IMG/VR virus record: IMGVR_UViG_3300017913_001954
Location: 1-39,508 of that record
Reading direction: 5' to 3' (one strand)
DNA: 39,508 bases
Source of the DNA: a virus
Taxonomy: Duplodnaviria; Caudoviricetes
How positions within the stretch are numbered: the first letter of the stretch is position 1; each line of letters begins with the position of its first letter. Under the pieces are notes generated by a model. That model was not told the origin of the DNA. It saw nothing but the letters and a program-made list of their open reading frames with translations, and searched no databases. The translations under genes and the position numbers were made by a program. Shown in pieces: positions 1-8,577 of the stretch.

Positions 1-781
1 AACACAGCAACCTCAAGCACAGCAACCTCAAGCACAGCAACAAAAGACTACACAACAGCCAAACAATCAACAGGCAAGCAATGTGGTTGGCACATACAAA
101 GGCAAACCTGTGGTTCGCAGTAAAAACGGTAACCTAGCCATTGCTGGTGTTGATGGTAAAGCAACTGTTAATACTGTAAGACCAGATCAGTTAGATAAAG
201 CGCCAGGTGTAAAAGATCCTGCCGCACAGAAGATTGCAAAAGATGTTGGAAAAAATGTTTATGATTTTCAAAAAGCCAAACAGGCACAGAGTGCTAAAAT
301 TCCAAAACTAAAAGCAGGCATGTATGAGAATTCACAGTTGGATGCTATCATTGACAAGCATGTTACTACCATGTATAAGGGCGGACAAGTAACCATTGAT
401 CCTAAGGATCCTGAAAATTTAAAGCACGTTGCGAAGGGAGTTAAACAGGGCGCCAGTGCAGTTGACTCAGCAGTAAGCAAAGCAAAAGAACTGCATAAAA
501 AAGGCGGACTGGATCAAGACCTAAGCAAATCAGGTGATAAAAACAAGGACGGTGATCGCAGTGATGACCAAGGTGTTAAACAGGGACTGAATAGACTGCG
601 TACAGGACTTGGTATTAAAAATCCTCAATTGGCATTGTCAGGTATTCAAAAAATACGCAACGATCAATTAGTAAGTGCAAAAGAAAGAGAAGAAATGAAG
701 CCTATCATGGACTTCATGGCTAATGCACTGCAAAATGATCCTGGACGTCTAGTTCAGATGATGCAAAAATACAACAAATAA
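1..781 (+). CDS. Hypothetical phage protein, 5'-truncated (Q/P/K-rich N-terminal part; possibly an internal head protein)
   Basis: Frame 2 is open from base 2 (TQQPQAQQPQAQQQKTTQQPNNQQASN) and runs in frame into track ORF 83..781, so the true start lies before the window. Stop TAA at 779-781. Confidence 0.75.
   Translation, partial: TQQPQAQQPQAQQQKTTQQPNNQQASNVVGTYKGKPVVRSKNGNLAIAGVDGKATVNTVRPDQLDKAPGVKDPAAQKIAKDVGKNVYDFQKAKQAQSAKIPKLKAGMYENSQLDAIIDKHVTTMYKGGQVTIDPKDPENLKHVAKGVKQGASAVDSAVSKAKELHKKGGLDQDLSKSGDKNKDGDRSDDQGVKQGLNRLRTGLGIKNPQLALSGIQKIRNDQLVSAKEREEMKPIMDFMANALQNDPGRLVQMMQKYNK
3..41 (+). repeat. 15-bp coding tandem repeat CACAGCAACCTCAAG, about 2.6 copies (QQPQA peptide repeat); may continue left of the window
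   Basis: Exact copies at 3-17 and 18-32, partial copy at 33-41. Confidence 0.9.
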
Positions 782-958
782 TTAAAGCATAATTTGTCCA
801 GTTTCCTTGGACGTTTCAATATGGCTCTTAACCATTTTCATGATGCTATCACGTTCTTCTGGTGTGGTGTCGTAGGCTTTATCTATTGTAAGACCTCCAC
901 GCATGTACCAACAAAGGTTCACAAGGGTATCTACTATCTCCTTGCTTTCTTTATCCAT
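782..958 (-). CDS. Small 58-aa ORF absent from the track (MDKESKEIVDTLVNLCWYMRGGLTIDKAYDTTPEERDSIMKMVKSHIETSKETGQIML); gp51-like / tail-chaperone 'T-frame' candidate
   Basis: Translated by hand from the minus strand. It fills the gap between the 1000..1869 gene and the convergent stop at 781. There is no clear SD. Its frame stays open upstream through the slippery site at 1012-1018. Confidence 0.75.
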   Translation of the reverse strand: MDKESKEIVDTLVNLCWYMRGGLTIDKAYDTTPEERDSIMKMVKSHIETSKETGQIML

Positions 959-999
959 TTGCTGGACCAGGTTATCAATTTCAGAAAGTGGGAGGGAGC

Positions 1000-1869
1000 C
1001 TACCTGGAAACGAAAAAATTTGACTGATCAAACATGACTGGAACTGCACACTCTTCTGGTGCTCCGTTCTTTACATGAATCTCCGGTGTCTTTACTTTCA
1101 CAGGTTTAATTTCAAATTTTTCTCTTTGTGCATCAATGTGTTTTACAATAGCATCAAAATCATCAGCACCTAGTCCGTCTAGAAACTTGCTTATGTTAAG
1201 TGGATTAGTTTCAGTACCTTCTGGTGTCGTAATTGCAACAACTTGTTTTGCAATACCTTGAAGCCTAGTTGAACTTAGTTTAGCAAATCCTTCTTTGAAT
1301 ACTTTTAATTTTTCTTCTTCTTGAAGATCTGGATTTCCTAGTACCTGTGCAATTCGCTGTGTTTCCAGCGTTGCTTTGTATAGTTCTGTTTGTTGGCGAT
1401 AGGTAAGCGGTTTCACTTGAAACACTAATTCGCCTACTTGTACTTCATTATCAAATGTATGTCCTTGCAAACTGTCAAGCACTGTACGCAGATCAATTTC
1501 TGTGTTCATTTCTTCGTTTACTTCTGGAATGGTAAAACTGCTTTCCATTTTTTCACCATATGTAGCAATACGGATAGCAACAATAATAGCATCAATATCT
1601 ACCTGCGGAATTTCCCATGGATCTGAAATCAGCGGACAGCAGTTTTTGATCATGCCTGTGGTTGCTTCACCGTTTAGCAGTGCATCTGGTGTTTTGATTG
1701 CAAGTTCGTCTTTTGCAGTCATTGAATAAATTGGTAGTTCGCCTGAACCCGATTTTTCTAACGGATTTTCAGCATAAAATCTGCCGCCACTGGGCAAATT
1801 CAAATAGATTTTAGGTTGTCGTGCATATTTGTCTAGCACTGAACCTGTGATATTAGTTTGATTTTCCAT
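1000..1869 (-). CDS. T4 gp26-like baseplate hub assembly / tail assembly chaperone
   Basis: Motifs P-K-I-Y-L-N-LPS-G, MTAKDE, D-I-D-A-I-I-V-A-IR-I-A-T-YGE and a C-terminal NFF resemble the gp26 family. SD AAGGA and a perfect TATAAATA lie upstream on the minus strand. It is adjacent to a tape-measure-like gene. Confidence 0.7.
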   Translation of the reverse strand: MENQTNITGSVLDKYARQPKIYLNLPSGGRFYAENPLEKSGSGELPIYSMTAKDELAIKTPDALLNGEATTGMIKNCCPLISDPWEIPQVDIDAIIVAIRIATYGEKMESSFTIPEVNEEMNTEIDLRTVLDSLQGHTFDNEVQVGELVFQVKPLTYRQQTELYKATLETQRIAQVLGNPDLQEEEKLKVFKEGFAKLSSTRLQGIAKQVVAITTPEGTETNPLNISKFLDGLGADDFDAIVKHIDAQREKFEIKPVKVKTPEIHVKNGAPEECAVPVMFDQSNFFVSR

Positions 1870-1884
1870 GGTTTTCCTTGTACA

Positions 1885-1890
1885 TAAATA
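1885..1890 (+). promoter_or_regulatory. Late-promoter-like box (CA)TAAATA for the tape measure/portal unit
   Basis: Matches the core of the T4 gp55-dependent TATAAATA and lies in the intergenic spacer. Confidence 0.6.
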
Positions 1891-1915
1891 ATAAAGTAAT
1901 AGTACTTAATAGTCT

Positions 1916-1923
1916 TATTTATA
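1916..1923 (-). promoter_or_regulatory. Perfect T4-type late promoter TATAAATA for the gp26-like gene
   Basis: Plus strand reads TATTTATA at 1916-1923, 47 nt upstream of the minus-strand ATG at 1869. Confidence 0.75.
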
Positions 1924-1950
1924 TACGTAGTTTATGGGGTTTTTTAAAAC

Positions 1951-4311
1951 ATGGCAGTAAGAGTAGATATTCCGGGTGTAGGCGTAGTTGATATACAAGG
2001 TGCGGCCGAAGAATCCACCATGAGAGACATTTTGGCTGAACTCAAAAAGAGTGGTGGTTCTAGTGGCGGTGCAGGTGCCGGTGGTGGCAATCAAGGTGGT
2101 GGTATGGCAGGCGCCGCGGCCAGTGCTGTAAAACTTACCAAAAGCATCAATCCACTAGCAATTGGATTAGGAGCAGTTACTAAAACATTTGGAGCCTTGG
2201 GTAGAGGAACACAAATGTTGGCACAGGGTTTTGCTAACACGGTAGACGCTTTTGCTAAAGGAACACCTAAGGTTACTGATTTTGCTGACTTTATGGTTGG
2301 CATGGTACCTGGAGTATTAAAGCCATTTGCAAATGCACTTAACAGTATTATTAAAGTATTGTATGGAAACTTTACCACATTCCAAGATCTTACCAAGACA
2401 GGTATTGCACTAGGTGATGAAGTAGGTGGATTACAAACAGGGTTTAGAAGTCTTGCATTAAGTTCAGGTGAAATCAACAAAGCACTTGGTGCTCAATCTG
2501 ATGGACTTGCTAGTCTAGGAACAGGATCGAGAGGTGCAAAAATTGCACTGGATATTTTACGCAGTGCTACTGATGCACAGACAATGAGTCTTGCAGAATA
2601 TGGTATTAGATTTGAAGAACAAGCAGAAGCACTAACAGATTATATTGCACAGAACGCTTTAGGTTTAAGAAATCGTACTACAGATGAAGCACAACTGTTA
2701 AAACAAAGTATTGCGTATCAAAAAAATCTAAGACGTCTAAGTGAAATCACAGGACAGCAGGCAGATGATATTGCTCAGGGTATGGCCAAAGCAAACATGA
2801 ACGAAAACTTCCGTTCATTCCTAGCAGGACTAGATGGTGCTACTAGAGCAAGAATAGAGAGTGTCGTTAACACAGCAGAAGCAGGATTTGGTGATGCTGG
2901 TAGAGAAGCGGCAATGGCGGCTATACTAGGTGTTGGTCCTGTCACAGATGAAGCGGCTATGCTAAGTGCTACCATGAAAGGATTTAATTCAACAATTCAA
3001 GCAGGTGTTAGCAGTGCTAGAAGTTTCCAAGGAAGCCAAGAAGATTACAACAAGATGTTGATTGGCAACTTTAGAGGGCTGGCTAATTCAAATGCGGACT
3101 TTATTCAACGCACAAGCAAAATGGGTGCTGTGTTAGGCATGACTGGTGATGCCACAGGAGCAACATTTAACAGCATTGCACGTTTTGGTAGAATCTTTGG
3201 AGGTACCTTAGAAGAAACTGCAAGTAATCTCGGCAATCTAGACAGTACAGCACGTACAAATATTGAAGTTGAAAAAAGTTTACGTAATCTACGTGGTGCT
3301 TTAATGGAGGTAGTTGCACTGCTAGGCGAACCTATGATGGGTGCCCTACAAGGTTTTGCAGGTTGGTTAAGAGAAAATACAGGATCATTGACAGAAGGAA
3401 TACAAAACTTTAAAAAAGCCATGGAAGAAGAAGGCGGATTAATGAACTACATCAAAAATAGATGGAAGGCATTAATGGATTACATTTATAATGCTTTTGC
3501 AAGTAGTTTTTTAGTAAGGCAAATACTGGGCATAGATGAAACCGAACTTGCAATGAAGTCAGCAGATAAAGATGCTATGGACTTAACCAAGCCAGAACTA
3601 AGAACACTGTTTGCAGAAGCCGCTGATCCTGATGGAGCCAATTATGGTATACAACAAAAAGAAGCATTTAGAAAAGCAGGTTTATTTGATCCTAATGCAA
3701 CAAATCGTGCAGGAAATGCAAAAACTCTCAACACACAAATGCATGAGTTTTATAATAAGATGTCTAGGTTTGAGGACGATAGCGGCAAAGCCACAAAAGA
3801 AGATATTGAAGCCGCCCAAGCATTTATGAAATCATTAAGAGAAAATCAATACTTCTTTGGTACAGGCACAGGCAACAATCTATTCAAAGACTTTGGTAAA
3901 GGTACACCTGCAATGCTACATGGCGAAGAAGCAGTTGTTCCAAAAAATTCACCCATGGGTAACATGTTAGGAATGATGCAGGGCATGATGGGTGACATGA
4001 AAGGTTCCATGAAGGACGGTAAAATGGATATGGGAGCAATGATGAACATTGCACAGTCAGGTGGAGCCAAACTTGATGCCTATGCCAAAGAGAATGCAGG
4101 AGCACTAAAAGCACAAGGCCGCGGAATGGTAAAAAACATGACCGGTTTGAGTGACGAACAACTTGACAAGATGGAGCAATCTAGTGTACAATCAAAACAA
4201 TCAGGTAGTAAAGGTACTTCAATAAATACTGGTGCTGGCGCTATGGTTGGTAAGATGGAAGAATTAATTCGCGTAAACAAGCAGATGCTTGAAGAATTAC
4301 GCAGTATGTAA
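1951..4311 (+). CDS. Tape-measure-like / baseplate hub tail-length protein (786 aa)
   Basis: Ala/Gly-rich, predicted mostly helical. Has a C-terminal GTPAMLHGEEAVVP motif typical of tape measure C-termini and sits next to the chaperone-like gene. Confidence 0.7.
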   Translation: MAVRVDIPGVGVVDIQGAAEESTMRDILAELKKSGGSSGGAGAGGGNQGGGMAGAAASAVKLTKSINPLAIGLGAVTKTFGALGRGTQMLAQGFANTVDAFAKGTPKVTDFADFMVGMVPGVLKPFANALNSIIKVLYGNFTTFQDLTKTGIALGDEVGGLQTGFRSLALSSGEINKALGAQSDGLASLGTGSRGAKIALDILRSATDAQTMSLAEYGIRFEEQAEALTDYIAQNALGLRNRTTDEAQLLKQSIAYQKNLRRLSEITGQQADDIAQGMAKANMNENFRSFLAGLDGATRARIESVVNTAEAGFGDAGREAAMAAILGVGPVTDEAAMLSATMKGFNSTIQAGVSSARSFQGSQEDYNKMLIGNFRGLANSNADFIQRTSKMGAVLGMTGDATGATFNSIARFGRIFGGTLEETASNLGNLDSTARTNIEVEKSLRNLRGALMEVVALLGEPMMGALQGFAGWLRENTGSLTEGIQNFKKAMEEEGGLMNYIKNRWKALMDYIYNAFASSFLVRQILGIDETELAMKSADKDAMDLTKPELRTLFAEAADPDGANYGIQQKEAFRKAGLFDPNATNRAGNAKTLNTQMHEFYNKMSRFEDDSGKATKEDIEAAQAFMKSLRENQYFFGTGTGNNLFKDFGKGTPAMLHGEEAVVPKNSPMGNMLGMMQGMMGDMKGSMKDGKMDMGAMMNIAQSGGAKLDAYAKENAGALKAQGRGMVKNMTGLSDEQLDKMEQSSVQSKQSGSKGTSINTGAGAMVGKMEELIRVNKQMLEELRSM

Positions 4312-4320
4312 GGATAATAA

Positions 4321-6027
4321 ATGAGTTGGAAAAGATATTTTACGACAGTACCTCAGGATACTTCAGGTAACACCAGTCCTATTGTAGGCAGTGGACCAGG
4401 ACCTGCTAGAACAAATTATTCAAGTTTCTTGCCAGACGTGTATACTGGTCATCCTAATCGTATTGAACGTTACAATCAATACGAAACCATGGATCAAGAT
4501 AGTGAAGTAAACGCGGCATTAGATATCCTTGCAGAATTTTGTACACAAAAGAACAAAGAAAACAACACACCTTTTTATGTAAACTTCAAAGCACAAAGCA
4601 CAGGTGCAGAAACAAGCATTATTAAAAGTTATCTGCAACAATGGTGTGACAGCAACAACTTCGAACGTAGAATTTTTAAGATCCTAAGAAACATTTTCAA
4701 GTACGGTGATGCTTTCTTTGTAAGAGATCCAGAAACACTAAAGTGGATGCATGTAGATCCTGCAAAAGTTGACAAAATTATTGTTAATGAAAGCGAAGGC
4801 AAAGAAGCAGAACAATATGTTATCCGTGATATTAATCCTAACTTCCAAAATTTATCAGTTACACAGATCAATGCTAATCCTTCAAGTGGTCAAGTTGACT
4901 ATACCACATCAGGAGGTAGCCTAGGCAGAGGTTATGTTGGTGGTGTAAATGCAAATGCAGGTACACGTTTTGACAGACAAGACAATCAACTAGCCATTGA
5001 TGCTAATCACGTGGTGCATCTAAGTCTAAGTGACGGACTAGACAGAAACTTTCCGTTTGGTAACTCACTGTTAGAAAGTGTTTTTAAAGTTTACAAACAA
5101 AAAGAATTGCTTGAAGATGCAATTATTATCTATCGTGTGCAAAGAGCACCTGAAAGACGAGTATTTTATATCGACGTAGGAAACATGCCTACACACCTTG
5201 CTATGGGATTTGTTGAAAGGGTGAAAAATGAAATTCATCAAAGACGTATTCCGAGTGCAACTGGCGGTGGAACCAATGTAATTGATGCAAGTTTCAATCC
5301 TTTATCAATCAACGAAGATTATTTCTTCCCACAAACAGCGGAAGGTAGAGGAAGTAAAGTTGAAACGTTACCGGGTGGAACAAATTTAGGCGAGATCGAC
5401 GATTTAAAATTCTTTACAAACAAACTATTCCGCGGTTTGCGTATTCCAAGCAGTTATCTACCAACTGGTGCTGATGATTCAGCGGCACAGTACAACGATG
5501 GTAGGGTTGGAACTGCATACATTCAAGAACTAAGATTCAACAAATACTGTGAAAGACTTCAAGCACTGGTAAGTTATGTGTTTGATAGAGAATTTAAAAT
5601 GTACTTGCATGCCAAAGGTGCAAACATTGACAATGATCTATTTGACTTAGAAATGAATCCACCACAAAACTTTGCTTCTTACAGACAAGCAGAGATGGAC
5701 AATTCACGTGTAAACACTTTTGCTAGTTTACAGGAAGTGCCTTACATGAGTAAACGTTTTGCATTGAAACGTTTCCTAGGACTAAGTGCAGAAGAAATGG
5801 CTGAAAACGAAAAGATGTGGCGTGAAGAAAATTCAGATGAAGCAATCAGCAATGCAAACAGCAGTGTTGAAATGCGTGGAGGTGGCGTAACGCCAGGCGG
5901 TATGGCAAGTGATCTAGACAATCTAGGATCAACAGAGCCAGGCGAAGGCGCACCAGATCCTGCTACAGACGTAGCACCTACTCCAGATGATACAGGTCCC
6001 GCACCAGGCGGTACTGACCAAGCATAA
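4321..6027 (+). CDS. gp20: Portal vertex protein (T4 gp20 family)
   Basis: Motifs LEDAIIIYRVQRAPERRVFYIDVGNMP, EDYFFP, GRGSKVETLPGG-NLG-IDD and IP-S; SD AAGGA. Confidence 0.97.
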   Translation: MSWKRYFTTVPQDTSGNTSPIVGSGPGPARTNYSSFLPDVYTGHPNRIERYNQYETMDQDSEVNAALDILAEFCTQKNKENNTPFYVNFKAQSTGAETSIIKSYLQQWCDSNNFERRIFKILRNIFKYGDAFFVRDPETLKWMHVDPAKVDKIIVNESEGKEAEQYVIRDINPNFQNLSVTQINANPSSGQVDYTTSGGSLGRGYVGGVNANAGTRFDRQDNQLAIDANHVVHLSLSDGLDRNFPFGNSLLESVFKVYKQKELLEDAIIIYRVQRAPERRVFYIDVGNMPTHLAMGFVERVKNEIHQRRIPSATGGGTNVIDASFNPLSINEDYFFPQTAEGRGSKVETLPGGTNLGEIDDLKFFTNKLFRGLRIPSSYLPTGADDSAAQYNDGRVGTAYIQELRFNKYCERLQALVSYVFDREFKMYLHAKGANIDNDLFDLEMNPPQNFASYRQAEMDNSRVNTFASLQEVPYMSKRFALKRFLGLSAEEMAENEKMWREENSDEAISNANSSVEMRGGGVTPGGMASDLDNLGSTEPGEGAPDPATDVAPTPDDTGPAPGGTDQA

Positions 6028-6029
6028 GG

Positions 6030-6035
6030 TAAATA
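6030..6035 (+). promoter_or_regulatory. Late-promoter-like TAAATA, 5 nt before ATG 6041
   Basis: GGTAAATAagattATG. Confidence 0.6.
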
Positions 6036-6040
6036 AGATT

Positions 6041-6283
6041 ATGTTGTTGAAAGAATTTTTTTATTTTGATAAAGATGGTAAGTCTATGGGCGACGATAAA
6101 AGATACGAAGCCGATAGAGATGTTTCTGTTGTTAAAAAAGATGACACTCGAAAAACAAGACTTACACTAGAACAACTTAACAAAATTAGACGCACATCTG
6201 AGGCTAGGGAACTTGAACAAGCCAAAGAACTTGAGTTTGTTAAGATGATGTACGCACAGCCTGCTCCAGAACAAGCGGTTTAG
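6041..6283 (+). CDS. Small head-cluster hypothetical protein (80 aa; start corrected from track 5987)
   Basis: MLLKEFFYF...DTRKTRLTLEQLNKIR...MY. ATG 6041 avoids a 41-nt overlap with the portal gene and follows a promoter box. Confidence 0.75.
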   Translation: MLLKEFFYFDKDGKSMGDDKRYEADRDVSVVKKDDTRKTRLTLEQLNKIRRTSEARELEQAKELEFVKMMYAQPAPEQAV

Positions 6284-6297
6284 GCTTTTTTCCTTTT

Positions 6298-6303
6298 TAA
6301 ATA
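6298..6303 (+). promoter_or_regulatory. Late-promoter-like TAAATA, 5 nt before ATG 6309
   Basis: TTTAAATAgtaacATG, with no SD upstream. Confidence 0.6.
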
Positions 6304-6308
6304 GTAAC

Positions 6309-6899
6309 ATGGAACGAGTTGCATTCGTGCTAGGCAATGGCACATCTAGAAAGAAATTTAAACTTACAAAACTAACAGGACAGGGCACGGTATATGCCTG
6401 TAATGCTATCTATAGAGATGGCTTTTATCCTGATTATCTTATTGCCGTTGACCCTAAAATGATTCATGAAATTGTAGCAAACCGTGTGCAAGAAGAAACA
6501 CAGGTATGGACCAACTACAATAAAGCCTATGAAAAGTATATAGGACTTAATTATTTTACTCCTAACAAGGGTTGGAGCAGTGGTCCAACAGCATTAAACA
6601 AGGCAATTCAAGATGGCATGGAAAAAATATACATTTTAGGCTTTGATTTTGTGGGTTTAGAAAACGGTGCAAAAGTTAACAACATATATGCAGGCACTAA
6701 AAACTACAAAGGCTCCCATGAACCAGCAACATATTACGGAAATTGGCTTAGACAGACTGAAAATTGCATTAAAAATCATGCAGATAGACAGTTTATTAGG
6801 GTAGTACAGCCAGAAGATTTCCATCCAACACCATTTAATACGTTTTCTAACTATAAAACAATCAATTACAAAGAGTTCGCAGATGTTCTGCATAAGTAG
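6309..6899 (+). CDS. Maf/DUF115 (MptE-like)/sialyltransferase-like Rossmann-fold nucleotide-sugar transferase candidate
   Basis: Motifs FVLGNGTSR, YACNA-YR, PDYL-AVD, W-SSGP-AL and IYILGFDF match the Maf_flag10/Cst-like pattern. Confidence 0.6.
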   Translation: MERVAFVLGNGTSRKKFKLTKLTGQGTVYACNAIYRDGFYPDYLIAVDPKMIHEIVANRVQEETQVWTNYNKAYEKYIGLNYFTPNKGWSSGPTALNKAIQDGMEKIYILGFDFVGLENGAKVNNIYAGTKNYKGSHEPATYYGNWLRQTENCIKNHADRQFIRVVQPEDFHPTPFNTFSNYKTINYKEFADVLHK

Positions 6900-6936
6900 T
6901 ATAATGCAAAAAACACTAGATTTTTGGCCTATTTGT

Positions 6937-6957
6937 ACCGGTAAAACTGGTTTTTTT
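6937..6957 (+). terminator. Probable intrinsic terminator
   Basis: ACCGGT-AAA-ACTGGT stem (one G-U pair) followed by a T run, directly before the next TAAATA box. Confidence 0.5.
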
Positions 6958-6958
6958 G

Positions 6959-6964
6959 TAAATA
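6959..6964 (+). promoter_or_regulatory. Late-promoter-like TAAATA for the core/protease/scaffold/capsid operon
   Basis: TGTAAATA in the intergenic region. Strong SD AAAGGAG at about 7002-7008. Confidence 0.65.
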
Positions 6965-7016
6965 CAAATTGAACAGCCTTGCCTATAACTGTTTAAACTA
7001 TAAAGGAGAAGATACA

Positions 7017-7913
7017 ATGTCTAACAAATTTGAACAATTATTAGACTTGCTAGTAAACGAAGAAAAGGATAAAGCAGAGTCTTTATTCCATGATATCGTT
7101 GTAGAAAAGTCTAAAGAAATTTACCAAGGATTAATTGAGTCTGAAGAAAAAGACGAGGAAGTTGAAGAAACTGCTGAAAAAGAAAATGATGAAGCAGTAG
7201 AAGAAGCAACTGACGAAGAAGTTGATGAAGCGACTGAGGAAAAAGAAGTAGAAGAAGCAACTGAAGAAACTGAAGAAAAGGTTGACGAATTTACTGAAGT
7301 ACCAGGCGAAGAATCAATTGAAGAAATTGGCGGCGACCCAGCAGACGATATGATGGCTGACATCGCGGCAGATGAAAAAGATATGGATTTTGACAAAGAC
7401 GGTGAAATGGATGATCATGAAGAAGAGCATGGTGATTTAGAAGACCGTGTTGTTGACCTTGAAGACGCACTAGATGAGTTAAAAGCAGAATTTGATGCAA
7501 TGTCAGGTGATGAAGCACCAGGTGACGATGCTGAAGAAGAAGCAGAAGACGAAGAAGGTGAAGAAAAGGAAGAAGAATCAGTAGAAGCCGAACTACCTAT
7601 GGAAGCATCGGAAGATGAAGAAGTAGAAGAAGGAGCAAAAAAAGAGAAATCCGCTGGCGAAACTATGCGTGAATACGTAGAAAAAGTTTCTGCTCCTGCT
7701 AACAAAGAAGGCGCTGATAACACTACGAGTCCAGTAGCATCGAAAGGTGGCAAAGACTCAGGTGCAGATGGTAAAAACATTGCACAAAGTAGTGAAGAAA
7801 AGGGCGGTAGTGCACCAAAGGCAAAAGACATGGGAAAATCTTTCGAGAATGAACCAGGTTCAAAAGCCGGCGACACTTTAAAACCGGCATCTGTTAAAAA
7901 GAGTGCTGAATAA
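7017..7913 (+). CDS. Highly acidic prohead core protein (gp67/gp68 position; start corrected from track 6969)
   Basis: ATG 7017 follows AAAGGAG. The protein is very E/D-rich and lies between the portal and protease genes, as T4 core genes do. Confidence 0.7.
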   Translation: MSNKFEQLLDLLVNEEKDKAESLFHDIVVEKSKEIYQGLIESEEKDEEVEETAEKENDEAVEEATDEEVDEATEEKEVEEATEETEEKVDEFTEVPGEESIEEIGGDPADDMMADIAADEKDMDFDKDGEMDDHEEEHGDLEDRVVDLEDALDELKAEFDAMSGDEAPGDDAEEEAEDEEGEEKEEESVEAELPMEASEDEEVEEGAKKEKSAGETMREYVEKVSAPANKEGADNTTSPVASKGGKDSGADGKNIAQSSEEKGGSAPKAKDMGKSFENEPGSKAGDTLKPASVKKSAE

Positions 7914-7933
7914 TTGTTGATAAAGGAGGCCCA

Positions 7934-8560
7934 ATGGCTTACTTAAGAGAAAATTTGACCTTTGACCAAGCACAGGTTACCCTAGAGTCTAAAGGAGAAG
8001 GAGATTCGAAAGATCTTTATCTCAAAGGCATCTGTATCCAGGGTGGTGTTAAAAACGCTAACCAGCGTGTATACCCTGTTTCCGAAATAGGCAACGCTGT
8101 AAAGACTCTAAAAGATCAAATTTCAGGCGGCTATTCAGTTCTTGGTGAAGTAGATCACCCAGATGATTTAAAAGTAAATCTGGACCGTGTCAGCCATATG
8201 ATCACTGATTGTTGGATGGACGGTCCAAATGGTTTTGGTAAAATGAAAGTTTTACCGACTCCGATGGGTAACCTAGTTAAAACAATGTTGGAAAGCGGAG
8301 TTAAACTAGGAGTATCCAGCAGAGGTAGTGGAAACGTTAATGAGTCAACAGGCGAAGTTAGCGAATTCGAAATTATCACGGTCGACGTGGTAGCACAACC
8401 TAGTGCCCCTGGCGCTTACCCTACACCAATCTATGAACACTTTATGAATACTAATGGTGGTTATAGTGCGATTAGGGCCGCACAAGGTGTCCATGAGGAC
8501 ATCAAGGCGCAAAAATACTTGAAAGAACAAGTACTAAGAGTCATAAAAGGCTTGCAGTAA
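7934..8560 (+). CDS. gp21: Prohead core protease (T4 gp21 family)
   Basis: Motifs GICIQ-KNANQRVYP, GEVDHP, LDRVSH, TPMG, GVSSRGSG and D-VAQPSAP-A. Confidence 0.95.
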   Translation: MAYLRENLTFDQAQVTLESKGEGDSKDLYLKGICIQGGVKNANQRVYPVSEIGNAVKTLKDQISGGYSVLGEVDHPDDLKVNLDRVSHMITDCWMDGPNGFGKMKVLPTPMGNLVKTMLESGVKLGVSSRGSGNVNESTGEVSEFEIITVDVVAQPSAPGAYPTPIYEHFMNTNGGYSAIRAAQGVHEDIKAQKYLKEQVLRVIKGLQ

Positions 8561-8577
8561 CAAAAAGGAGAGACACG

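Noticed and set aside
1-45. Short direct repeats as a possible CRISPR array
   Set aside because: They are contiguous 15-bp in-frame coding repeats with no spacers.
794-1027. Plus-strand 77-aa track ORF
   Set aside because: It has a TTG start and no RBS, and is antisense to the more protein-like minus-strand WYMRGG ORF and its frameshift extension.
5987-6040. Track start at 5987
   Set aside because: It overlaps the portal C-terminus. ATG 6041 after the TAAATA box fits better.
6969-7016. Track start at 6969 (TTG)
   Set aside because: The strong SD AAAGGAG points to ATG 7017.
7140-7640. GAA-rich quasi-repeats
   Set aside because: Explained by the Glu-rich prohead core protein.
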